NCBI GenBank assembly: GCA_963715985.1
Contig: CAVQSP010000014.1
Span: 544,001-608,000, forward strand
Source of the DNA: an uncultured Thermoleophilia bacterium
GTDB lineage: Bacteria; Actinomycetota; Thermoleophilia; UBA2241
Length of the DNA stretch: 64,000 nt
Direction: 5' to 3'
The position numbers and the translations under genes were made by a program. The first letter of the stretch is position 1, and the number at the start of each line of letters is the position of its first letter. Shown here piece by piece: positions 19,571-29,862 of this stretch. Under the pieces are notes generated by a model that was given only the letters and a program-made list of their open reading frames with translations, searched no databases and was not told the DNA's origin.

Positions 19571-21269
19571 GCCCGAGCTACGCCAAGCCCACCACGCCGG
19601 CCGAGACGGCCGCCGCCTCGGCGCAGATCACCGACGAGGCCTACCGCGCCCTCGAGGACATCGTCGGCGCCGACAACGTCTCGCGTGACGCCGCCATCCT
19701 CGACACGTACGCGTTCCAGTGGCTCGCCGAGCTGGTGCGCCCCGACCAGAGCCACTACATGCCGCGTCCGGCGGCCGTCGTGCTGCCCGGATCGACCGAA
19801 GAGGTCCAGGCGATCGTCCGCCTGGCCAACAAGTACGGCCTGAAGGTGAAGCCGCACGGGACCGGCTGGTACCACTGGTCCGGTCCCATCAAGGACTCCG
19901 ACGCGACGCTGCAGCTCGACCTGCGCCGCATGGACGCCATCGTCGAGATCGACGAGCAGAACATGTACGCGGTCGTCGAGCCGTACGTGATCGCCGCGCA
20001 GCTGCAGGCGGAGATCCTCCCGCTGGGCCTCAACCTCAACATCCCCGGCGTGGGCTGCTCCAGCTCGATCGTCGCCAGCGCCTGCGCTTACCACGGCGCC
20101 GGTCCGGACACCTACTACATGGGCGGCAACGCCGAGAACGTGCTCGGCATGGAGTGGGTCACGCCCGAGGGCGAGATCGTCCGCACCGGCTCGCTCGGCT
20201 AGCGGCGACGGCTGGTTCTGCAGCGAGGGCCCCGGCCCGTCCGTGCGCGGCATCTGCCGGGGCACGCTCGGCAGCCGCGGCGGCCTTGGCGTGTACACGA
20301 AGTGCGCGGTCAAGCTCGCCCCGCACTTCGGCCAGACCGAGTGGAACGTCGAGGGCACGTTGCCCGCGTACCGCCTGCCCGTGCACGAGAACCTGCGCGT
20401 CTACACGCTCGCGGTCCCGGACTGGGACGCCTGGGCGGACATCTACTACAGGATCTACGACAACGAGATCGGCTACATCTTCCACCGCCAGTTCAACCTC
20501 GCCGGCGCCGACCTCGGCCCCGCGTTCTGGCTCATGTACAACGACGCATCCAAGGTCGCTCTCGGACGTGCCTGAGCTGGTCGCCGATCCGGAGGTCGCC
20601 GCGCTCACCGAGGAGATGCGCATCAGCTTCCAGCTCATCCTCGCAGGGCGCTCCAAGGACGACATCGAGCTGCAGGACAAGATCCTCGACGCCATCCTCG
20701 AGGAGGTCGGCGGCTGGAAGGTCGAGCGCTTCTGCGAGCAGGATATGGCCGAGTTCACCAACGTCTACCTGCAGCGGCTCGGCCACAAGCACGTCAACTT
20801 CGTCTGGGCCGGCGGCTACATCGGCAGCTGGATGCAGTTCGGCACGCCGGACTGGGTCAAGGGCTACGTGCCCACGGCCATCGACGGCCTTGCGCGGGAC
20901 GCCAAGGACGGTCTGCTCGTGCAGTGCGGGGGAGACGCGATGATGGGCTCCGGCAGCGGCATCCCGCTGGGCGGCGCCACCGGCCTCGAGCAGTTCGTCA
21001 GCTACGACCCGGACGACCAGGCCTCGACCAAGGCCGGCATCAAGCACATGGAGGACGCGGTCAAGGATGCCGCCTCCATCAGCTACCCGCCGGGCAAGGA
21101 GTTCCTCTACCTGCAGATCGGCTGGACCGACGAGCAGATCTGGGACGCGCTCGCGCACGCCAAGCAGCCGCAGGTGTTCCACTACCAGCGGCAGATCAAG
21201 GAAGCATTCGACCCCAACGACGTCGGCGACAGGATGTATCCCACGCTGCCGGCCGACCGGGGAGAGTGA
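19568..21269 (+). CDS. Second FAD-linked oxidase (VAO/PCMH family); frameshifts near 20200 and 20545
   Basis: PAAVVLPGSTEEVQAIVRLAN, DLRRMD.IVEIDE, EWVTPEGEIVRTGSLG, IKEAFDPN; AGGAGG RBS. Confidence 0.82.
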
Positions 21270-21297
21270 CCCTCAGGCGCTGACGCGGCGCCAGTTC

Positions 21298-21341
21298 CGG
21301 AGCGGGGCGGCCCGCACGTCCCCCAGGGCCGCCCCGCTCCG
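21298..21341. terminator. Hairpin between convergent genes
   Basis: cggagcggggcggccc-N12-gggccgccccgctccg, 16-bp stem. Confidence 0.65.
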
Positions 21342-21412
21342 CACGATCCTGGCGTGAGACCCCGCGCCCGATGCCGCGTCGCGGCGCGGGCACCGACGAG
21401 CCGAAGGGCGCG

Positions 21413-22531
21413 TCAGTCCCCGCCAGGGAGCCGCAGCCTGACGAGGTGGCTGCCCACCACGGCAGCCAGCATGCCGAGAAGCTGCGGTTCCCCGCTCCGG
21501 GCGGGTCTCGAAAGCGAGAGGGTCAGCGTCAGCTCGACAGGACCCGAGGCGTCGGTCGCGGTCAGCACGTCCGCACCCTTCAGGGTGAGTCGGCGGCGGC
21601 TCCTTTCTCCCTCTTCCACGCCCTCAGCGGCTTCGCCGGCGCGGCTTCTGGAGAAGCCGGCGCTCATGCCACCGGCCGCGGCGACGCAGCTCACGGCGGC
21701 GAAGGTCTCGCAGGCGGACCGAGCGGCGGCCTCCAGGAGGCCGCCGATGTCGGCGGCTCTGCCGAGGGCCGCGACGGTGTCGCCGGCCACGTCGATGGCC
21801 GCGCAGATCTCCTCGATCTCGCGAGTGGCGGCTCTCGCGTCGGAGTATGTCTGGGCGTTGTGCAGGGCGACCGCTGCCTGCCCCGCGATCCCACTGCAGA
21901 TCCTCAGCTCCTGCCGCGAGTAGCGGCGCTCGCGGAGGTGATCCATCAGTTCGAGCAGGCCGATCGAGTGACCGCCGTAGACCATCGGCACCATGAGGAG
22001 GCTCTTGTCTCCGTCTCGGGCAAGCTCTCGCAGCTCGTCCGGGTCCGCGGCGGGATCGCTGAGATTGACGACCGCCGTGACCTGCTCTTCGAGGACATGG
22101 CGCGTGAGCGGGTAGCGCGAGAGCGCGTAGGTCCCCCGGTCGGGCAGACGACGGCCGCCGTCGTCGAAGTCGGCGAGCATCGTCACCGTTTGGGACAGGT
22201 CGTCGTAGGCAGAGATGGCGCAGAACTGGCAGTCCATGAGGCGCGTGAGTCGCTTCGCTATCTCCTTCAGCAGGTCGGTCAGCTCGAGTCTGCTGACCAG
22301 CGCCAGGGACGTCTCGAGCAGCGTGTCGACCTCGCGCTCGCGGGCCCGGCGGGCGGCCATGTGGTTGCTGTCCCCGATCTGTTGGGCGAGCGCCTCCACG
22401 TCTTCTTCACGGATGCGCCTGTGCCCTCCGGGGGTCCGCGTGCACGGCAGAAGACCGCTGGCCGTCCATCGGCGGACCGTGTGGGGCGCCACTCCGAGCC
22501 GCAACGCCGCGCGCTGCACATTGAGGTACAT
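21413..22531 (-). CDS. Excisionase/BldC-like HTH fused to a GAF domain (one-component regulator)
   Basis: YLNVQRAALRLGVAPHTVRRWTASGLLPCTRTPGGHRR; GAF SLLMVPMVYGGHSIGLLEL...YSRQEL...AVALHNA. Confidence 0.8.
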   Translation of the reverse strand: MYLNVQRAALRLGVAPHTVRRWTASGLLPCTRTPGGHRRIREEDVEALAQQIGDSNHMAARRAREREVDTLLETSLALVSRLELTDLLKEIAKRLTRLMDCQFCAISAYDDLSQTVTMLADFDDGGRRLPDRGTYALSRYPLTRHVLEEQVTAVVNLSDPAADPDELRELARDGDKSLLMVPMVYGGHSIGLLELMDHLRERRYSRQELRICSGIAGQAAVALHNAQTYSDARAATREIEEICAAIDVAGDTVAALGRAADIGGLLEAAARSACETFAAVSCVAAAGGMSAGFSRSRAGEAAEGVEEGERSRRRLTLKGADVLTATDASGPVELTLTLSLSRPARSGEPQLLGMLAAVVGSHLVRLRLPGGD

Positions 22532-22712
22532 CTACCACCTCTCGCTTCGAAAAGTGTCAGGTTAGTTGAAGTTCTCGTCAGCACCTCTGTCAAGACCGTT
22601 GAGGAGATAGTCCTGTAAATCGGCGTGAAGCGTGACACGATTCGTCAAGAAACCCGCAGCCATTGATTCAAGTCGCGGAGGCTTGGGTGGCTGCTCTGGA
22701 AAGGTGTGAGTC

Positions 22713-23918
22713 ATGCGAGTACTGCAGTTGGGCGTTGGTTCCGTCGGCGAAGTGACGGCGCGCACCGTAGCCACGGAGCCCGAGGTGACCTCGGTCGTCC
22801 TCGCCGACATCGATGAGTCGCGGCTGGCCGCCGTGGCCTCCAGGCTTCCTGAGGGCAAGGCGACGACACTGCCGCTCGATGTGCGCGACAAGGATGCGCT
22901 CGTCAGAGCGTTGTCGGAGGTCGATCTCGTCATCAACGGCCTCATCCCCGAGGTCAACCTCGACGTCATGGCGGCCTGTCTGGAGGCCCGTACGAACTAC
23001 CTCGACATGGCCGCGGCCGGGCCACGTGACATCGTCGGCACCGCCGACGTCGACGAGGAGCTGGCGCTGCACGACGAGTTCAAGAAGGCCGGACTGACGG
23101 GTCTGGTCTTCTTCGGCATCGACCCCGGCGCGAGCGACGTCTTCGCGCGCAGCCTGTACGACCAGTTCGACACGGTCGAGCGCCTCACGGTGCTCGACGG
23201 CGACAACTCCAGCGCCGAGGGCGTCGACTACGCGCCGAGCTTCTCGCCGACCACCATGGTCGAGGAGTGCCTGATCCTGCCGCCCCACGCCTTCGAGAAC
23301 GGCAAGAGCATCCGCCGCACCTCGCTCTCGAAGAACTTCGACTTCACCTTCCCGGAGCCGGTCGGGCAGCTCACGGTGTGGAACGTCGACCACGAGGAGT
23401 CGCAGCTGATGCCGCTCTTCCTCGGCGACAAGGGCCTCAAGAACGCCGACTTCTTCATCGCCCTCGACCCGGACTGGGCGAACCTGCTGCTGGCCTGGCG
23501 TCGCCTCGGATTCGACCACAACAAGGAGATCGAGTTCGAAGGCGCCCGCTTCCGGCCGCTCGACCTGCTGGTCTCGCGCCTGCCCAAGTCGGTCGACCTC
23601 ATCGGCAAGATGCACGGCGCCGTCTGCGTCGGCACGCTGGCCGAGGGCACGATCGGCGGGAAGCGCGTGCGGCGCTTCATGTACCAGATCACGTCGCACG
23701 ACCAGGCGTTCGCGGAGCACGGCGTTCAGGGCACCGGCTGGCAGACAGGTGTGCCCGCCGCCTGCGCCGGCATCATGCTGGCGAAGGGGCTCGCTCCGAC
23801 GAACGGCGTCTATGCGCCCGAGCAGATCGACCCGGCGCCGTTCCTCGAGCTCATGACGAAGCACGGCACGCCCTGGGGTGTCGTAGACCTGCCCGCGGAC
23901 GAAGAACTGCCGATCTGA
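22713..23918 (+). CDS. Saccharopine dehydrogenase / carboxy(nor)spermidine dehydrogenase family protein
   Basis: GVGSVG Rossmann motif, NYLDMA, GIDPG.SD, VDHEE, WQTGVP. Confidence 0.85.
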   Translation: MRVLQLGVGSVGEVTARTVATEPEVTSVVLADIDESRLAAVASRLPEGKATTLPLDVRDKDALVRALSEVDLVINGLIPEVNLDVMAACLEARTNYLDMAAAGPRDIVGTADVDEELALHDEFKKAGLTGLVFFGIDPGASDVFARSLYDQFDTVERLTVLDGDNSSAEGVDYAPSFSPTTMVEECLILPPHAFENGKSIRRTSLSKNFDFTFPEPVGQLTVWNVDHEESQLMPLFLGDKGLKNADFFIALDPDWANLLLAWRRLGFDHNKEIEFEGARFRPLDLLVSRLPKSVDLIGKMHGAVCVGTLAEGTIGGKRVRRFMYQITSHDQAFAEHGVQGTGWQTGVPAACAGIMLAKGLAPTNGVYAPEQIDPAPFLELMTKHGTPWGVVDLPADEELPI

Positions 23919-23939
23919 GACCGAGTCGGGGGGCGGAAC

Positions 23940-25354
23940 GTGTCTGAGCAGCTCCGGAGGGTGCGGATACCACTCCTCACCGCCGTGGCCATGATCTTCA
24001 TCTTCGTGTCCTCGGGCGCCTTCGGCATCGAGGACATGGTGGGCAGCGACGGGTCAGGGCCGGGCCTGACCCTCCTGCTGCTCCTCGTGCTGCCCCTGGT
24101 CTGGGCGCTGCCGATGGCGCTCGTGTGCTCGGAGCTCGGCTCGGCGATCCCCGAGGAGGGCGGCTACTACGTCTGGACCCGGCGTGCTCTGGGCGAGTTC
24201 TGGGGCTTTCAGTGCGGCTGGTGGGCGTGGACCTGCCAGTGGGTCGACTCGGCCGTCTACATCGCCCTCGTCCAGGGCTACATCGCCACGTGGTGGCCGC
24301 AGCTGAACGCCTGGGAGATCTGGGGCATCGGCGCGATCCTGATCGCCGTGTTCGCCTACACCAACATCCGCGGCCTCAACATCATCGCCATCAGCTCGGC
24401 GATCTTCACGGTCATCATCGTCGCACCCTTCGTCGTACTCATCGTCCTGGGGTTCTCTCACTGGCACGGCTCGCCCCTGCAGCCGTTCATCCCTCCCGGC
24501 GAGTCGTTCCTGAACAGCCTCAACTACGGACTCGCCATCGGCGTCTGGATGTACTCGGGCTTCGACTCGATGTCGACCCTGGCCGGCGAGATGGAGAACC
24601 CCCGGCGCATCATCCCGAAAGCGCTGATGATCGCCACGCCGATCATCGTGGCGCTGTACTTCCTGCCGACCCTGGCCGGCCTCGCCGGCGTGGACGGCTG
24701 GGCGGACTGGGCGACGACGGGCGGTACGTCGTTCGTGGAGGTCGCGAAGTCGCTGGGCGGCCCGATCCTGGGCTACGCGATGCTCGGGGCCGCCGTGATC
24801 AGCAACCTGGCGCTCTATCAGGACTACCTCACCAGCGGCTCTCGCCCCGCCTACTCGATGGCCGAGGACAGGCTTCTGCCGAGGGTGCTCACCAAGGCGC
24901 ACCCGAAGTACGGCACGCCGTTCATCTCCATCCTGTTCCTCGCCGGCCTCAACCTCGTGCTCATCATGGGCACCTTCGCCAACCTCGTGGTCATCGACGT
25001 GATGCTGAACATGTTCTACTACCTGCTCATCTTCGTCGCCGCGATCCGCCTGCGACAGAAGGAGCCGGACCTGGAGCGGCCGTTCCGGATCTGGGGCAAC
25101 ACCGCGGTGCTGGCTGCGATCTGCGCGCCGGCGATCTTCATCGCGCTGGCGACGATCTACACCAACGCGGTGGACACCGAGACGAGTCATCTTCGGTCGC
25201 GCGAGCTTCACCGTTCTGGTAGTTACCTTCGGCTGGTACGGGATAGGCGGGCTTATCGGACTGCATCGCCGGACCGATCGCCTATCTGGTCTTCAAGCGG
25301 ACTCTCGGAGGGAGGTCCGACAAGCACGACAGGGACACGGCGGCCGCCGGCTGA
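23940..25354 (+). CDS. APC-superfamily permease, polyamine:H+ symporter-like; frameshifts near the 3' end
   Basis: IFIFVSSGAFGIED...GP...PLVWALPMALVCSELGSAIPEEGGYYVW...FWGFQCGWW; WMYSGFD; GSRPAYSMAED. Confidence 0.85.
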
Positions 25355-25387
25355 GTGTCCGCGCACGCTATGAAACGGGGGAGAACG

Positions 25388-27439
25388 ATGACGCGACGTC
25401 TTGGACCACTCTGTGTGCTCGTCGTCTGTGCGCTGGCGCTGCTTGCGCCGGGCGTCGCCGGGGCGGCGACACAGACCTACGATCAGGCCGTCGAGCAGCT
25501 GATCAGCGATGGCTACCCGCAGACCATCGAGACGTACCTCGACAGCCTGGGCGCGAACCCGCTCGGCTTCCGTCTTGCCGGCACCGATGCCGAGCAGGCG
25601 GCGAGCCGGTATCTCGCTGCGGAGCTCAAGGACATGGGCCTGAGCAACGTGCGCCTCGAGCCGGTGCCGGTCGATGCCTACGAGCTCCTCGGCGCGAGCG
25701 TCACCGTCGGCAGCCGTGCGATGACGGCCTCGCAGTTCCCGGGTATTCCCGGCACCTCGCCCACGGGCATCACCGGCGACGTCGTGTATGTGCACGACGG
25801 CACCGCTGCCGACTTCGACGCCGCCGGCGATGTGACCGGCAAGATCGTCCTCGTCGACACCTTCCTCGAGGACTTCTGGCTCAACTCGCCGGGCGCCGAG
25901 GCTACTCTCCGCGGCGCCACCGCCGTGATCGCCACGTACGGCCCTCACAGCTACCCGTGGTATTCGATCGCCCCGGACGCGCTGGGATCGAACGACGGTG
26001 AGTACATGGACCACTGGGTGCCGTTCGTCTACATCTCCCGCCAGGATGGGGACTGGCTCAAGAGCCGGCTCGAGTCGGGGACGGCCGCGGCGACCGTCAA
26101 GAGCGCCGTGGAGATCACCCCGCACGACTTCGACGACCCTGAGGCCGGGGGCGTGGGCTACAACGTGGTCGCCGAGCTGCCCGGCACCTCCGGCGACGAC
26201 GGGTTCGTCCTCGTCACTTCGCATCAGGACGCCCACTTCCGCTGCGGTCTCGACGACACGGGCGCCCTGGTCGCCGAGATGACCATGGCCAAAGCCATGA
26301 TGATGAGCGGCGCCAAGCCGAAGCGTACGGTCGTCTTCCTGCTCACGAGCGGTGAGGAGTTCGGCTACGGCAACTCCTACTTCGACTACCTCACCGGCGC
26401 CTGGTGGGCGATCAGCCACACGCATCCCGACTGGGCCGGCAAGGCGGTCGCGATGCTCAACCTGGAGTGCTTCGCGCGACCCGGAGCGGCGTCTGCGAAC
26501 ACCTCGCCCGAGCTGGCGCGGTGGCTGCGCCGGGTGGCAAAGGAGAACGACGACCTGTTGCCCTGGGGGATGAACGTGACGGCCGTCAAGAGTTCGTGGG
26601 ACGACGGCTGGCCGCTGCTCGCCTCCGGCGTGCCCTCCTTCACCATGTCGGCCGCGGGTGACGACTTCTGGGAGCGCTATCACTCCACGTGGGAGACCAA
26701 GGAGACCATCAGCTGGCAGTACCTCGGCAAGCTCACGCGCTTCGTGGGCGCCGTGCAACGCAAGCTCGACGGGGGCCTGCTGCCGTACGACCTGCCGAGT
26801 CGTGCTCAGAGCGTCCAGGCGTCGGTACAGGCGCCGTTGCTGCGTGCCGCCGGCGTCCCCGCCGCCGACGTGACGGGCCTCGTGCGCGCGGCAGACCGAT
26901 TCCAGGCGGCCGCCGGCCGCTTCGCCGCCCGCAAGGCGACTATCCCGACCTCCCGCCACGCCGCCGTCAACAAGCGCCTGCTTGACGTGGTGAGGGACAT
27001 CGACGCGAACCTCACGGGCCTCAGTGCCTTCGAGGAGACGGTGTACCCGCACCAGCAGGTGCTGTGGGACGTCCTCAGCCTCAACGCGACGCTGGCCGAG
27101 CTCGGGCGCGCCACGCCGCGGCCCGCCAAGGCGCTCAAGGCGCTCATCAACGTGGGCAAGACCTACTACGGCCTGGAGTTCAGCCCCGAGGTGTACGCCG
27201 AGGACCTCTCACGCCTCGAGCCGGACTACCCGCTGCTCACCTGGGGCGCCCTGGGTCATCTCGCGCCGCAGCTCAACGTCGTGGAGCAGTACCGTCTCAT
27301 CGAGAAGGGGAAGTACGCGGAGGCCGCGGCCGATCTGAAGCCGCTGCGTGACGGCGACCGTGTCGAGCTGGTGAGCCGGGTCAAGAGCCTGCGAGCCCTG
27401 CTGCAGCGACTCACGCCTCGCATCAACGCTCTGCGCTGA
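25388..27439 (+). CDS. Secreted M28-family metallopeptidase with PA domain
   Basis: Signal peptide; RLAGT..E, PA domain DVTGKIVL, SHQD, GLDDTG, GEEFG, YHS. Confidence 0.85.
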   Translation: MTRRLGPLCVLVVCALALLAPGVAGAATQTYDQAVEQLISDGYPQTIETYLDSLGANPLGFRLAGTDAEQAASRYLAAELKDMGLSNVRLEPVPVDAYELLGASVTVGSRAMTASQFPGIPGTSPTGITGDVVYVHDGTAADFDAAGDVTGKIVLVDTFLEDFWLNSPGAEATLRGATAVIATYGPHSYPWYSIAPDALGSNDGEYMDHWVPFVYISRQDGDWLKSRLESGTAAATVKSAVEITPHDFDDPEAGGVGYNVVAELPGTSGDDGFVLVTSHQDAHFRCGLDDTGALVAEMTMAKAMMMSGAKPKRTVVFLLTSGEEFGYGNSYFDYLTGAWWAISHTHPDWAGKAVAMLNLECFARPGAASANTSPELARWLRRVAKENDDLLPWGMNVTAVKSSWDDGWPLLASGVPSFTMSAAGDDFWERYHSTWETKETISWQYLGKLTRFVGAVQRKLDGGLLPYDLPSRAQSVQASVQAPLLRAAGVPAADVTGLVRAADRFQAAAGRFAARKATIPTSRHAAVNKRLLDVVRDIDANLTGLSAFEETVYPHQQVLWDVLSLNATLAELGRATPRPAKALKALINVGKTYYGLEFSPEVYAEDLSRLEPDYPLLTWGALGHLAPQLNVVEQYRLIEKGKYAEAAADLKPLRDGDRVELVSRVKSLRALLQRLTPRINALR

Positions 27440-27488
27440 GCCACGACGTCGCGCCCTGACGGGCGCTCGAGGCCGGGGAACCCGACGC

Positions 27489-27527
27489 GATCAGGCGGCC
27501 GCCGTCAGGCGGCCGCCTGATCCGTTT
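27489..27527 (+). terminator. Intrinsic terminator-like hairpin
   Basis: gatcaggcggccgcc-gtca-ggcggccgcctgatc followed by cgttt. Confidence 0.7.
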
Positions 27528-27749
27528 GTGGGCGCCGGCACGGGAGCAGAACGGGCAGCCGTCCGCTCGCAAGGAAGAAGCGTCGGTGGACGAGCTCATC
27601 CAACGGGGCGGCGGCTCTGAGGCGATGGCCGGACTCACATGCCCGGAGAGCGCGGTGGTCGCGGCGCAGGTCGGCGGAACTCCCCATGGCCTCGAGGGGC
27701 GCGTGCGTCCGCCGCCTCAGGGGCCGGGTCCCTGAGTCCGCAAGTGCAG

Positions 27750-27832
27750 TTGACAATTCCGCTAACTCTCATTTAGATATGTGGACTTCGCTGCGACGAC
27801 TAGCCTAGCTCTCGTTTAGTTGAGTGGACTTC
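27750..27832 (+). promoter_or_regulatory. Promoter (TTGACA...TTAGAT) overlapped by two 28-bp imperfect direct repeats, candidate operators
   Basis: CTAACTCTCATTTAGATATGTGGACTTC (27762-27789) vs CTAGCTCTCGTTTAGTTGAGTGGACTTC (27805-27832). Confidence 0.6.
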
Positions 27833-27856
27833 TGACCGGAGGATGGGGAGGACCGC

Positions 27857-28079
27857 TTGAACGCCATCCAGATCGACTTCGACGCCTGCACCGGCTGTCA
27901 GACGTGCTACGAGGCCTGCTTCATGGACGTCTTCCGCTGGGACGCCGCCGCGGAGAAGCCCATCGTCGCCTATCCGGAAGACTGCGTGGAGTGCAACAAG
28001 TGCGAGCTCGAGTGCCCGGAGGAGTGCGTCACGGTCGATCCCCGACTTCGCCGGCATGTACTGGCCGCAGGTGGTGTGA
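27857..28079 (+). CDS. 2x[4Fe-4S] ferredoxin, AprB-like, paralogue of 9223; frameshift near 28040
   Basis: IDFDACTGCQTCYEACFMDVFRWD...YPEDCVECNKCELECP; GGAGG RBS, TTG start. Confidence 0.85.
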
Positions 28080-28080
28080 C

Positions 28081-29803
28081 GTGGCGACGCTGGAATCACT
28101 CGGCACCGTGCTCTCCGCCGACCTCCTGATCGTCGGCGGCGGCATCGCCGGCCTCGCCTGCGCCATCCGCGCCAAGGAGGTCGATCCCGAGGTCGACGTG
28201 CTCGTCCTCGACAAGGTCGTCTCCGGCTGGGGCGGCAAGGCCAACAAGGGCGGCGGCAACATCGTCTTCATGGACCCCGCCGACGGCATCGACACCTTCC
28301 TCGACTTCCACCTGCACAACGTCGGCGAGTTCCTCGAGGACCAGGAGCTCCTGCGCGACTTCGCCAACGAGTCGCGCGGCAACCTCGAGCGCCTCGAGAG
28401 CTGGGGCGTGCACATCTACCGCGACGAGGCCGGCGAGCCCAAGTACGTGCGCTGGCTGCCCGAGCAGCCGTGGCGCATGGCCGTCCTCGACCAGGACCTC
28501 ACGCTCAACATGGCCAAGCACGCGCGCCAGCTCGGCGTGCGCTTCCGCGACCGCGTGGAGATCGTCGACCTGCTCAAGGACGGCGACGCGCGTCTGCGGC
28601 GCCGTCGGCTTCGGCATGCTCGAGGGCGAGTGCATCATCGTGCAGGCCGGCGCCGTCGTGCTGGCCAACGGCAACCAGTGCTTCAAGCTGATGCCGCGCT
28701 GGTCCAGCGCCGGCGGTGAGGGCATCGCCGCCGCCTACCGCGCCGGGGCCGCGATGCGCGGCGCCGAGTTCGGCAACTTCATCAACTGGGTGTTCACCGA
28801 TACCAAGGAAGTCTGCCAGGGCGCCGAGGACGTGCTCTACAACAGCAAGGGCGAGAACATCTCCAAGCGCGTGCGCCCCACCCTCGAGTCCGACGTGGCC
28901 TCCAAGGAGGTCGTCGAGTGGTGGCGCGAGATGCAGGCCGGCAACGGCCCCATCTGCGCCAACATGGCGGAGAACTACGTGAACAACGAGATCGTCCCCG
29001 CCTTCCACGAGGACAAGCTGGCCGTGCGCCCGGTCAGCATGAAGTTCTGGGGCCTGACGATCGGCAAGGCCATGGCCGCCTCCACGGTGCGCGGCCCCAT
29101 GCAGCCGGTGATGCCGGGCCTCAACGCCGAGCTCTCGCCGCTCAAGGTCGACCACGAGATGGCGACCAGCCTGCCCGGGCTCTTCGCCATCGGCGACGCC
29201 TGCTATGCGGGCTCCTGCCTCGCCGGCGCCGTGCCGGCTCCCCCCGGGCGCATGCGCGGCTCCGGCCTCGGCTTCGCCACCTTCTCCGGCGTGCGCTGCG
29301 CCCCGGCGGCGGTGGCGGCGGCCAGAGCCGGGGCGGCGACGCCCGACGCGGCGCAGGCGGAGGCGCTCAAGGCGCGCGTCTTCGCGCCGCTCGGGCGCAG
29401 CGGCATGGCGGCCCCCGAGCTGGTGCACGCGGTGCAGGACGTCATGGCGCCCGTGGGCTACAGCATCTACAAGAGCGCCGAGCGTATGAACGAGGCGCTC
29501 GAGAAGGTGCTGGCGCTCAAGGAGCAGGTGCCGCGGCTCGCCGCCCCGGACCCGCACTACCTGGCCGCCTGCCACGTCGCCGAGGCCATGGTCCTCGGCG
29601 CCGAGCTGTTCTACCGCGCCTCCCTCGCTCGCGAGGAGTCGCGCGGCTGGCACCTGCGCGAGGACTTCCCGGAGCGCGACGACGCCGGCTTCCTCAAGTG
29701 GATCGAGCTGCGCGACGCCGGCGGCGAGATGGCGGTGTCGCTGCACGACGTGCCGATCGAGAGGTATCCCGTGCAGGCAGACGGGAGCGAGGTCCCGGCT
29801 TGA
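28081..29803 (+). CDS. FAD-dependent oxidoreductase, AprA/SdhA superfamily, paralogue of 9474; frameshift near 28590
   Basis: DLLIVGGGIAG, SGWGGKANKGGG, PGLFAIGD, PGRMRGSGL, REESRG.HLREDFPERDD. Confidence 0.85.
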
Positions 29804-29862
29804 TGGACGTGCGGACCCGAGTCACCGTCCTCGGCGTCCCGGAGCTCACGGGGGGGTCCAGC

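Noticed and set aside
18118-20202. Fusions of FAD oxidase to Fe-S protein and Fe-S protein to the second FAD oxidase
   Set aside because: Strong AGGAGG RBS plus adjacent TGA or ATGA at 18246-18250 and 19567-19570 indicate separate genes joined by indels.
20198-20204. In-frame TAG in the second FAD oxidase as possible pyrrolysine or read-through
   Set aside because: Homology continues in a shifted frame (GSLG-SGDGWFC), so this is a one-base insertion rather than recoding.
27762-27832. Mini CRISPR array
   Set aside because: Only two imperfect copies with a 15-nt gap, no cas genes, and it overlaps a promoter.
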